This document shows, one piece after another, positions 8,184-16,152 of a stretch of DNA of 54,038 bases. Origin of the DNA: a virus (lineage: Duplodnaviria; Caudoviricetes); IMG/VR virus record IMGVR_UViG_3300048590_000251, positions 1 to 54,038 of that record; one strand, written 5' to 3'. The translations under genes and the position numbers were made by a program. Each line of letters opens with the position of its first letter. Position 1 is the stretch's first letter. The notes beneath the pieces are model-generated. The model made no database searches. It had not been told where the DNA came from and worked only from the letters and a program-made list of their open reading frames with translations.

Positions 8184-9038
8184 ATGAAGAACGGGCTCCC
8201 TTACTATCGGGCCTTTCCTCGTGATTTTCTGGAGGGCACGATCGGGATGCCGCTGGAACTCAAGGGCGCATACCGGCTCATTCTGGACTTGATCTACATG
8301 CAGGGCGGCGACCTGCCGGACGATGCCCGATACATTGCGGGGCTTCTGGGATGTTCGGTCCGGAGATGGCACGGGATAAGATCCGACCTCATCGCAAGAG
8401 GCAAGGTTGAGGTTTTCGACGGGATAATCTCGAATAAAAGAGCGCGAAACGAGCTCGAAACTCTCGCCAAATTTCAACATAAACAGAGCACAAATGCATC
8501 CCGACCCAATAAAAACAATAACTTGCAAAAGCCATGGCTTAACCAATCAGAGTCAGAGTCAGAACCAGAACCATATAGATCTGATGCTGAAGAAGAGGAC
8601 GCGCGCGCGGAAATCCTCACCCCACAGAACGAGCGTGAAGAACTGCTCGTCGCCATGGGATTCGACCCCAGTGGAGTGACGGCTTCTGGCCGCCTGATGG
8701 GAAACCGGGCCGATATGTCCGAGCGCGACCGATGGCGCAACGACCTCGGGCTGTCCCATGCCGACCAAATCGAGATCATCCGGGATGTCGTCGCCAAGAT
8801 GGGCGACCGTCGCCCAGGCAGTTTCAGGTATTTCACCAAAGCCATGGCCGAGGACGCGGGCCGCCGCGCCGCTTTGCCATTGACCCCGACACCACCCGAC
8901 GATGGAGGATTCCATGACCGATATTCCGGCAGTCCAGCAAGGTCTGCCCAAGGATCGAAACACCGGCCTGACCCTGCCCTTGAGCAGATCGCTAGACTCG
9001 CGGTCCTTAGACCGCCACCGCGCCCTTCTGGCGATTGA
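8184..9038 (+). CDS. Replication initiator, DUF1376/YdaU-like
   Basis: LPYYRAFPRDFL...LELKGAYRLILDLIY...LPDDARYIAGLLGCS; AT-rich internal linker near 8420-8590 may be the origin. Confidence 0.82.
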   Translation: MKNGLPYYRAFPRDFLEGTIGMPLELKGAYRLILDLIYMQGGDLPDDARYIAGLLGCSVRRWHGIRSDLIARGKVEVFDGIISNKRARNELETLAKFQHKQSTNASRPNKNNNLQKPWLNQSESESEPEPYRSDAEEEDARAEILTPQNEREELLVAMGFDPSGVTASGRLMGNRADMSERDRWRNDLGLSHADQIEIIRDVVAKMGDRRPGSFRYFTKAMAEDAGRRAALPLTPTPPDDGGFHDRYSGSPARSAQGSKHRPDPALEQIARLAVLRPPPRPSGD

Positions 9039-9402
9039 ACTTGAGGTTCTGGCAAAGAAACTCGACCGATGGGGTTGGGAGAGGGACCGTGGAACCGCCT
9101 CGCATGATCGGATCGTCACCGACTGGATGGACGCCTTGCAGGATTTCCCGCTGCACGAGGTTCGGGCGGCCTGCGCCGCGGCGATCCGGGACAACCCGAA
9201 CCGGATGCCGAACGAGGGGCATATTCTGGCCGGAATCATGGCAATCCGGCGTGACGCCGTGAGGGAGCGCCCGAAACCCTCAGCACCGCCGGAGCCGAAG
9301 CCCGTCACCGCCGAACAGGCCCGCGCGATCATGGAAAGGGCAGGGTTGTCGATCACCGACGACGGTCGCTTGGTCGGACTCGGGCCGGGAGCGCCGCGAT
9401 GA
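8914..9402 (+). CDS. Putative helicase-loader-like replication protein
   Basis: SD ggagga; overlaps the initiator 3' end; DWMDALQDFP...RMP motif; role inferred from position. Confidence 0.65.
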   Translation: MTDIPAVQQGLPKDRNTGLTLPLSRSLDSRSLDRHRALLAIELEVLAKKLDRWGWERDRGTASHDRIVTDWMDALQDFPLHEVRAACAAAIRDNPNRMPNEGHILAGIMAIRRDAVRERPKPSAPPEPKPVTAEQARAIMERAGLSITDDGRLVGLGPGAPR

Positions 9403-9638
9403 CGGCGCGCTGTGTTCTCTCCGCAGATCGGACTCGCGCCACGATTGCCGGAACGCTTTGGCGCGAAACCATCGGCGTTGATGAGCTTCCGGGTCGCCTG
9501 TCGCTCTATCGACGCCTGCGAGACCGCAAGGATGGCGCCTATGCCGGGTTCTACCGTCCGACCGTCGAGGCGATCGAGAAGGCGATGGCAAGAGCAGGGA
9601 TGACGATAAACCCAGGCTCAAGATCGAAAGGTGTGTGA
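9399..9638 (+). CDS. Hypothetical protein (79 aa)
   Basis: ATGA coupling to the upstream gene. Confidence 0.7.
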   Translation: MTARCVLSADRTRATIAGTLWRETIGVDELPGRLSLYRRLRDRKDGAYAGFYRPTVEAIEKAMARAGMTINPGSRSKGV

Positions 9639-10761
9639 TGTGGTGCTACCTCCCAAAATCGGCCTCAGCCTCTGTGCAGGCGGCGGCGGACTTGACGTGG
9701 GTCTTGGCCTTGCCGAGCCGGGCTTTGCCACCGCCTGCTACGTCGAGATTGAACCCTATCCCCGCCGAACCCTCATCGCAGGGCAGCGCGCCGGGTATCT
9801 CCACGCCGCCCCGATCTGGGACGACCTCAAGCTGTTCAGCGGCACCGCGTGGCGCGGTATCGCCGACACGATCCTCGCCGGATACCCATGCCAGCCGTTT
9901 TCCCAAGCGGGACAGCGCAAAGGGGCCGACGATCCCCGCCACCTTTGGCCGCACGTCGCCCGGATCATCCGCGAAGTGCAGCCCCGCTGGGTGTTCCTCG
10001 AAAACGTCGCGGGACACGTCAGCCTCGGCGCAGAAGCCGTGCTGCGAGACCTATGGCAAATGGGCTGGACGCCTGCGGCTGGCCTATTCTCGGCGCAAGA
10101 AACTGGCGCAACGCATGAAAGGCTCCGCTGGTTCTGCGTGGCCTACCGCGACGACGGAAGCCGGTCTCCACAACCGCAAAGGCGCGAGCGCGACCAGCGG
10201 CGACGGTCTGTCGACGGCAGCGAAGGCATGGGGCACACCGAGAGCCTCGGACGCGGAGAAGGGCGGACCGAACCAGGCATTCGGGGCGGGCGGGACGCCG
10301 CTTCCAGCACAGGCGGCGCAGTGGCCGACGCCAGCGGCGCGCGACCACAAGGGCGAGAACAGCCATGCGCATCTTCTGAACGGGACCGGGCGGCTGCATC
10401 TGGACCAACTGCCGAACGCAGTCGCCCATGCCTGGCACCACCCGGACCAGGTGACACGGACGCATGGGCTGCCGTCATCGACCACGCGCCCGATCTCGCG
10501 CCGGCTGTTTCGTTCGGCGGCATCAAGACTGCCGCAGATCATTTTGCGGCGCTGGTTGCGCAGGGGCGCCTGGCGGAACCGGAGGCTCAATCCCGCCTTC
10601 GTCTCATGGCTGATGGCATGGCCGCCCGGCCACGAACTCTGCGCCTGCTCGGAAACGGCGTTCACCCGCTGGCAGCGGGATATGCGTGGCGCACTCTCGC
10701 AACTGCCCACGGCCTCGGGCGCGTTGATTTGGCAACCGCCGAGGCCACTGATGAACCGTGA
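9631..10761 (+). CDS. C5-cytosine DNA methyltransferase, catalytic polypeptide (motifs I-VIII and X)
   Basis: SLCAGGGG (I), GYPCQPFS (IV), FLENV (VI), HERLRWF (VIII), LRLLGNGV (X). Start 9631 or 9640. Confidence 0.9.
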   Translation: MCDVVLPPKIGLSLCAGGGGLDVGLGLAEPGFATACYVEIEPYPRRTLIAGQRAGYLHAAPIWDDLKLFSGTAWRGIADTILAGYPCQPFSQAGQRKGADDPRHLWPHVARIIREVQPRWVFLENVAGHVSLGAEAVLRDLWQMGWTPAAGLFSAQETGATHERLRWFCVAYRDDGSRSPQPQRRERDQRRRSVDGSEGMGHTESLGRGEGRTEPGIRGGRDAASSTGGAVADASGARPQGREQPCASSERDRAAASGPTAERSRPCLAPPGPGDTDAWAAVIDHAPDLAPAVSFGGIKTAADHFAALVAQGRLAEPEAQSRLRLMADGMAARPRTLRLLGNGVHPLAAGYAWRTLATAHGLGRVDLATAEATDEP

Positions 10762-10798
10762 CCTTGGCAACCTGTTCGATTGGGGGTGGACCACATGA
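9638..10798 (+). CDS. Overlapping +1-frame protein, putative second methyltransferase subunit (target recognition plus motif IX)
   Basis: WPT/WGTP/WPTP repeats, RRLNPAFVSWLMAWPPG; TGATG coupling at the start and ATGA coupling at the end. Confidence 0.7.
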   Translation: MWCYLPKSASASVQAAADLTWVLALPSRALPPPATSRLNPIPAEPSSQGSAPGISTPPRSGTTSSCSAAPRGAVSPTRSSPDTHASRFPKRDSAKGPTIPATFGRTSPGSSAKCSPAGCSSKTSRDTSASAQKPCCETYGKWAGRLRLAYSRRKKLAQRMKGSAGSAWPTATTEAGLHNRKGASATSGDGLSTAAKAWGTPRASDAEKGGPNQAFGAGGTPLPAQAAQWPTPAARDHKGENSHAHLLNGTGRLHLDQLPNAVAHAWHHPDQVTRTHGLPSSTTRPISRRLFRSAASRLPQIILRRWLRRGAWRNRRLNPAFVSWLMAWPPGHELCACSETAFTRWQRDMRGALSQLPTASGALIWQPPRPLMNRDLGNLFDWGWTT

Positions 10799-11382
10799 CC
10801 GCCTACAACCGCTTCGAGGACATTCCTCTTTACCGCTTCGGGCTCATCATGGCGGATCCGCCATGGTCGTTCCAGAATTGGGGTGATCCTTCCGCTCGCG
10901 CTGCTGAAACGCATTACGGCACGATGAGCCTGGAGGACATCCGCGCGCTGCCAGTCGAGCGGATCGCGGCGCCGGATGCCTGGCTGTGGCTCTGGGCGAC
11001 GGGGGCAAACCTGCGGCTGGCGCTTGGCGTCCTCGACGCCTGGGGGTTTACCTACGTCACCTCCGGGCACTGGACCAAGACGCAGAAGGCAAATCCGGCG
11101 CGGCCGCGCATGGGCCTCGGGCACGTCCTGCGGGACTGCGGAGAACCCTATCTGATCGGGCGCATCGGCAGCCCGAAGGTCGAGGACAAGGGCATCCCGA
11201 GCGTCATCATGGCTCCGCGGCGCGAACACTCTCGCAAGCCGGAGGAGGCCTATTCAAACGCCGAGCGCCTCGCTCCGGAAGGATCGTGGATGCTGGACAT
11301 GTTCAGCCGCCAGGGCAGGCCGGGATGGGACTCATTCGGCAACGAAACCGGGAAATTCGAGACAGAGGGAGCGACGGCATGA
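10795..11382 (+). CDS. MT-A70-family adenine methyltransferase
   Basis: IMADPPW, HYGTMSLEDI, LWLWAT, WGFTY, REHSRKPEE, LDMFSR. Confidence 0.92.
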   Translation: MTAYNRFEDIPLYRFGLIMADPPWSFQNWGDPSARAAETHYGTMSLEDIRALPVERIAAPDAWLWLWATGANLRLALGVLDAWGFTYVTSGHWTKTQKANPARPRMGLGHVLRDCGEPYLIGRIGSPKVEDKGIPSVIMAPRREHSRKPEEAYSNAERLAPEGSWMLDMFSRQGRPGWDSFGNETGKFETEGATA

Positions 11383-11609
11383 TCCCGCGACGCATCTACG
11401 ACGCTACAGACAGAAGCACCCCGAACGACAGCGGTCGGACTGTCTACGTTTCACTGGCGTGCGAGCCATGGCTGCCTCCGGAGGAGGTCGTCCACCGCCG
11501 CCGCTGGATATGCGATGTCTGCGGCACGTCAGTCGGGACTGGCAACACGAGATGCGGCAAGCATCTCCGCTCAAGGCGCCATCATCGACGGAATGGGGGC
11601 GACGAATGA
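11379..11609 (+). CDS. Small putative Zn-binding protein
   Basis: CDVCG...CGKH; ATGA coupling at both ends. Confidence 0.6.
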   Translation: MIPRRIYDATDRSTPNDSGRTVYVSLACEPWLPPEEVVHRRRWICDVCGTSVGTGNTRCGKHLRSRRHHRRNGGDE

Positions 11610-11899
11610 GCCGGTATCGCCTGGAGAGCCGCCTCCGCAAGAACGCGGACTTCCAGGCGGTCACGCGCTATCTCGATGATGCCGGCCTTGAATGGCGGGT
11701 CGTCAAGCGCAACGCCAAGGGGCATCCGCACTTGAGGGTCGAGGACCAACTCGGAACCGTCGCATGGCTGATGATCGCATCGACCCCGATGGGGGGCTGC
11801 AACACGGCGAGCCGGGTTGCCGGCGCGCGGCGCATCCTTATCGCGGCCGGAATCGCGGCGCCTCTGCCAAAAAATGCGAGGGAAGACGGAGGCAAATGA
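11606..11899 (+). CDS. Hypothetical protein
   Basis: Coupled ORF with KGHPHL and STP motifs. Confidence 0.6.
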   Translation: MSRYRLESRLRKNADFQAVTRYLDDAGLEWRVVKRNAKGHPHLRVEDQLGTVAWLMIASTPMGGCNTASRVAGARRILIAAGIAAPLPKNAREDGGK

Positions 11900-11901
11900 A
11901 G

Positions 11902-11930
11902 TTGACACTGATACAATATTTCACCATAAG
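11902..11930 (+). promoter_or_regulatory. Sigma70-type promoter
   Basis: TTGACA-N17-CATAAG in an AT-rich gap. Confidence 0.65.
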
Positions 11931-11978
11931 GGCGGTAGGCGGCGCAGCAGCGCAGGCCGAAAGTCACAGGAGACTGAC

Positions 11979-12233
11979 ATGAACAAACCCGCTCGGGTCT
12001 GCACCCCTCACAACATCACCACCATCGCGGTCATCGACGGCCGCCCGACCGCCTGCCCGAACCGGGTGCAGGGTGTCGTCAGCGCCGCCGACTGGATGGA
12101 CATAGACCACCCCGACGCGCTGGAGGTCGAGTTCTACGAGGCCGCGCTGATCGAACCGCATCCGTTCCTGATCTGCGGCGGTGTCTACGAAACCCGCGCG
12201 CTGATCTCGGCGCTTGCCCGGTCGGAGGCCTGA
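11979..12233 (+). CDS. Hypothetical protein (84 aa)
   Basis: SD aggag before ATG at 11979. Confidence 0.65.
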   Translation: MNKPARVCTPHNITTIAVIDGRPTACPNRVQGVVSAADWMDIDHPDALEVEFYEAALIEPHPFLICGGVYETRALISALARSEA

Positions 12234-12236
12234 GAC

Positions 12237-12452
12237 ATGCCGCATCGCGTAGCCATGGTCTGCCGTGACTGCGGCAGCGAAAACGTCGCTGCCGACGCTT
12301 GGGCAAAATGGGACACCGTGGAGCAGGACTGGTCACTCGGAGTCGCATTCGATGAGGGTTTCTGCGACGATTGCGACGCGCCCACCAAGATCATCTCGCG
12401 CAACATTGCCGCGACCAAGCCCGCCTTGTCGAAAGGCCCTGCGCTGGACTGA
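12237..12452 (+). CDS. Zn-ribbon protein
   Basis: CRDCGSENV...FCDDC; SD ggagg. Confidence 0.75.
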   Translation: MPHRVAMVCRDCGSENVAADAWAKWDTVEQDWSLGVAFDEGFCDDCDAPTKIISRNIAATKPALSKGPALD

Positions 12453-12507
12453 CCATCGCCGACATGGCACAAGGCGGAATATCCTAACACCAGAGAAGGA
12501 TGCGAAG

Positions 12508-12885
12508 ATGACCCTCACCCCCGCCCAGGCAGTTGACGCCGCGATCGTGTTCCGAACGTGGCGCGGCTCTCGTCCGGGCGGGGCTGCTGGCGTGAGGGCG
12601 CGGGCTGACATCCAGCGCGCCGCCACCGCCGTTCCGCCGAGCGAAAGAGGCGCCGCAGAGGCGCGTCGGCTCATGGCGGTATCCATCGCCGACATGCCGG
12701 CCGATCCCGACGATGTGTCACTGCTGCTCGATGTGATCGGATTCCGTCATGGGCTGACCACCCGCGCCGACTGCTGGCGCCGCATCGGCATCAATCCGGA
12801 GCGCGGTCGCGCCCTGCTGACTCGCAACAAGACGGCGCTGGACTGGCCGATCTGGCGCGCCCTGGTCGCCGAAGCACTGGAGTGA
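12508..12885 (+). CDS. Hypothetical protein, possible HTH regulator
   Basis: SD aagga; TRADCWRRIGINPERGRALL is HTH-like. Confidence 0.6.
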   Translation: MTLTPAQAVDAAIVFRTWRGSRPGGAAGVRARADIQRAATAVPPSERGAAEARRLMAVSIADMPADPDDVSLLLDVIGFRHGLTTRADCWRRIGINPERGRALLTRNKTALDWPIWRALVAEALE

Positions 12886-12984
12886 CGCGAGCGCGCGACA
12901 TTCCGGCCGACGACCCCCGCTCTTGACCTTACGCAAACAAAAGCCAACATCACTCCCGTCGCGCTCCGCGGCGGGAGTTTCCAC

Positions 12985-13119
12985 ATGGCCACCAACGATG
13001 TCCCCTTCCTTTTCCTTCTCGACCCCGGTTTTCTCACCTTCCTCGTCATCGGCGGCGGCGCCCTCGTCCTCGTCCTCGTCCTCTGGTCCCTGATCGACCG
13101 CATCCGGGGCCGCGACTGA
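12985..13119 (+). CDS. 44-aa single-pass membrane peptide (absent from the ORF track)
   Basis: MATNDVPFLFLLDPGFLTFLVIGGGALVLVLVLWSLIDRIRGRD; SD GGGAG; upstream -35 TTGACC at 12923. Confidence 0.65.
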   Translation: MATNDVPFLFLLDPGFLTFLVIGGGALVLVLVLWSLIDRIRGRD

Positions 13120-13124
13120 TCCGC

Positions 13125-13204
13125 GCACAAGATGTGGTATCTGACGCAAGGATTTTTGTCCTTAAAAACCACATCTTGACGCGAGAATAATCCATCGCGA
13201 CAAT
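13125..13204 (+). promoter_or_regulatory. terS promoter with two NrdR-like boxes and two repressor-type operators
   Basis: TTGACG(13176)-N17-GACAAT(13199); boxes 13125-13140 and 13166-13181; operators 13150-13161 and 13182-13193. Confidence 0.7.
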
Positions 13205-13227
13205 GGCGCGGCCCGCAGGAGGCCCCA

Positions 13228-13797
13228 TTGGCGCGTCTGAAAAACCTCAAGCACGACGACTTCGCCCGTCAGTATGTCATTGATTTCAATGGCACTCAGG
13301 CCGCGATCAGGGCGGGGTATTCTCCCAAGGCCGCAGGGCAGATCGCCTGCGACCTCCTCAAGAATCCGAAGATCAAGGCCCGAATTGACGAGCTGGTCGA
13401 ACGCCGCAACGACCGTCTCGACATCAGTGCCGATCGCGTTCTCCAGGAAGTCGCCCGCACCGCCTTCGCCTCGCTGGGCGACTTCCTGAACATCAGCAAG
13501 GATGGTTCATTCGAGGTCAGTCTCGCCAATGCCACCCCGGATCAACTGACCGCCCTGACCGAAGCGACATCGGACAAGGAGACGATCAGGGGCAAGGAAG
13601 GCGGGAGATCGAAGACCATCGTGACCAACAAGGTCAAGATGTCTAACAAATTGGCCGCCCTGTCGAAGCTGGGCGAACATCTCGGGCTCTGGAAGCCGGA
13701 AGAGAGCAAGGCGATCGACGCCATGGCCGAGGCGCTGGCCGAGATCAACAGACGCGGATCCAGTGCGCCGATCGCCAAGCACAGGGGGAAGAAGTGA
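13228..13797 (+). CDS. terS: Terminase small subunit
   Basis: FARQYVIDFNGTQAAIRAGYSPK...LLKNPKI; TTG start with SD aggagg. Confidence 0.93.
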   Translation: MARLKNLKHDDFARQYVIDFNGTQAAIRAGYSPKAAGQIACDLLKNPKIKARIDELVERRNDRLDISADRVLQEVARTAFASLGDFLNISKDGSFEVSLANATPDQLTALTEATSDKETIRGKEGGRSKTIVTNKVKMSNKLAALSKLGEHLGLWKPEESKAIDAMAEALAEINRRGSSAPIAKHRGKK

Positions 13798-14102
13798 AGC
13801 CGCCAGAAACAGCCGCCGAGTGGCGGGCGTTTGCCGCCAAATGCGTCTGCGCCGATGATCTCCAGATCGCGCCGAACCGCCGGTCTTCTCGCTCGCCGAA
13901 CGGCATCGCCTTCACTGTGCCGTTCGAGTGGCAGCAGAACGGCAGCGTGGTGCGGAAGCACCTCTTCGGAGAGTCCGCAACGCAGCGGGATGCGTCGGGG
14001 ATAATCAACTTGGCCGTCGATTGGATGGCGCGCGAGATGCGCGATCACTTCACCGCCACCCAGCGGGGCGATGTCACTGGACCTGCGGAGGTCTCTCAGT
14101 GA
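13794..14102 (+). CDS. Hypothetical protein between terS and terL
   Basis: GTGA coupling at both ends. Confidence 0.65.
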   Translation: MKPPETAAEWRAFAAKCVCADDLQIAPNRRSSRSPNGIAFTVPFEWQQNGSVVRKHLFGESATQRDASGIINLAVDWMAREMRDHFTATQRGDVTGPAEVSQ

Positions 14103-15694
14103 CCACCGCCACCGCCACCCTCCCCGAGATGGTTCCGACCACGCCGGAAGAGCTGGTGGCCTGCCTGGCGTCCTGGGAGTGGCGGATATTCTCGGGCCAG
14201 ATATACAAGATCATCGTCAAGGACGACGACGATCCCGACGATCCGGGCGTCGTGAAGGCATTCATCCCGAACGCGATGCAGCGCGACCTTCTGATGAAGT
14301 TGCACCACCGCAACGTGGTCCTGAAGGCCCGGCAGCTCGGCTGCACCACTCTGGTCGCGATCCTCTGGCTCGACCACGCGCTTTTCAATGCCAACCAGCG
14401 GTGCGGCATCATCGCCCAGACCCTGCCTCTGGCATCAGCGATCCTGCGCGACAAGGTGAAATTCGCCTACGATCACCTCCCCGAGGGCTTGCGCGCCCGG
14501 ATGCCGACGATCCCGCCGACCAACGAGGAAGAGATCACTTTCGGCCACAACGGCTCCAGCATCGCCGTCGGCACCTCGTTCCGGTCGGGCACATTCCATC
14601 GCCTGCACGTCTCGGAAATGGGCAAGATCGCCGCCACCAGCCCGGCCAAGGCCCGCGAAGTGGTCGCAGGCTCGATCCCGACCGTCCCGTCATCCGGCAT
14701 CGCCATCGTGGAATCGACTGCGGAAGGCCAGAGCGGGGAGTTCTACACCATGGCGAGCCGGGCCGAGGCGCTGGCGCAGCGCGGCCTTCCTCTCGCAGCC
14801 GCCGAATACGCCTTCCACTTCTACGCCTGGTGGTTCTCGGACGAATACGAGGCCGACCCCGAAGGCGTCGAGATCAGTCCCGCCGACCATGCCTATTTCG
14901 CCGATGTCGAGAGCAAGATCGGGCGGCCGCTCAGCCCCCGCAAGCGCGCTTGGTATATCCTTCAGCGCGAGCAGACATTCGGCGGCGATGCCGAGAAGAT
15001 GTGGACAGAGTATCCTTCCACCTCGGCGGAGTGCTGGCAGCGATCCACCGAGGGCGCGTTCCTTGCGCCGCAGCTCGCCCGCGCCCGCGTCGAGGGCCGG
15101 ATCGGCCGGGTTCCGCATCTTCCTGGCGTCCCCGTCAACACCTTCTGGGACATCGGCGCATCGGACGGCACCGGAATCTGGCTGCACCAGCACGTCGCGG
15201 CCGAGAACCGCTTCCTGCGCTACATCGAGGGCTGGGACTCGGGCTACGACGAGTATGTAAGCGTCCTGAATGCCACCGGCTATGTCTGGGGCACCCATTT
15301 CATGCCTCACGATGTCATTCACGAGCGCCAGGGCGTGAATGGAACCGCGTCGCCGCTGTCGATGCTGCGAACCTTGGCGCCATCCTGGAATTTCTACGTC
15401 GTGCCACGGGTCCAGACCTTCGAGGCCGGGATGACCATGCTGCGGCAGACGTTCCCGACCTATCTCTTCGACGCCGAGGGATGCAAGGAGGGGCTGATCC
15501 ACCTCGCCGAGTATCGCAAGGCATGGAATAGCCAGTTAGGGGTCTGGAAGGACACACCGCCGCCGGACAGCCCGCACCGCGAAGCCGCCGACAGTCTGCG
15601 CCAGCACGCGCAGGGATTCCGGCCTGAACTTGTCGGCCGCACGGCCGCAACCGCGCGCCGCAGCCGCCGCGCCCTTGGAGGAATGGTGGTATGA
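14099..15694 (+). CDS. terL: Terminase large subunit
   Basis: LKARQLGCTT Walker A, LHVSE Walker B, IVEST, FWDIG nuclease, PHD, HREAADSLR; GTG at 14099 with SD ggaggt. Confidence 0.93.
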   Translation: MTTATATLPEMVPTTPEELVACLASWEWRIFSGQIYKIIVKDDDDPDDPGVVKAFIPNAMQRDLLMKLHHRNVVLKARQLGCTTLVAILWLDHALFNANQRCGIIAQTLPLASAILRDKVKFAYDHLPEGLRARMPTIPPTNEEEITFGHNGSSIAVGTSFRSGTFHRLHVSEMGKIAATSPAKAREVVAGSIPTVPSSGIAIVESTAEGQSGEFYTMASRAEALAQRGLPLAAAEYAFHFYAWWFSDEYEADPEGVEISPADHAYFADVESKIGRPLSPRKRAWYILQREQTFGGDAEKMWTEYPSTSAECWQRSTEGAFLAPQLARARVEGRIGRVPHLPGVPVNTFWDIGASDGTGIWLHQHVAAENRFLRYIEGWDSGYDEYVSVLNATGYVWGTHFMPHDVIHERQGVNGTASPLSMLRTLAPSWNFYVVPRVQTFEAGMTMLRQTFPTYLFDAEGCKEGLIHLAEYRKAWNSQLGVWKDTPPPDSPHREAADSLRQHAQGFRPELVGRTAATARRSRRALGGMVV

Positions 15695-16152
15695 GCGACT
15701 TGATTCTGCCGGACAGCGTGAACTTCCGGCCGGCGTTCGATCTGAACATCTACCACCGCCGCTACGATCATTCCGCGATCGTGGTCTGGATCACATGGGA
15801 CCGCGCCACGGGTGAGCCGGTGATGGTCCTGACGCCGAACACGGATCGTCCGGGGCACGAGCGCGTCATTCCTTGCGTCGTCCCGCTCTCGACCTCGTGG
15901 ATGTGGACCGAAGAGGTGGGCGATGCGAGACACTGTGCCACTGTCGCCCCGATCTTCGTCTCCAACCTCGGGCTGAACCCGAATTCGCCGCGCCACGTCT
16001 ATGGCGTCCTCAGCACCATCCGCGGTCATCTGGAGGATCTGGTGATGTGCCCGCCGATACCGGCGGAGGACCGCAGCAAGGCCGCCGAAATGCTGATCAC
16101 AAACAACGAGACCGAGACGGTCACGCACAGGGAGGTTTCGGACTATGCGTGA
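15691..16152 (+). CDS. Hypothetical protein (153 aa)
   Basis: Coupled between terL and portal. Confidence 0.8.
   Translation: MSDLILPDSVNFRPAFDLNIYHRRYDHSAIVVWITWDRATGEPVMVLTPNTDRPGHERVIPCVVPLSTSWMWTEEVGDARHCATVAPIFVSNLGLNPNSPRHVYGVLSTIRGHLEDLVMCPPIPAEDRSKAAEMLITNNETETVTHREVSDYA

Noticed and set aside
8547-8573. 6-bp repeats tcagag/ccagaa as iterons
   Set aside because: Explained by the SESESEPEP linker; too short to call iterons.
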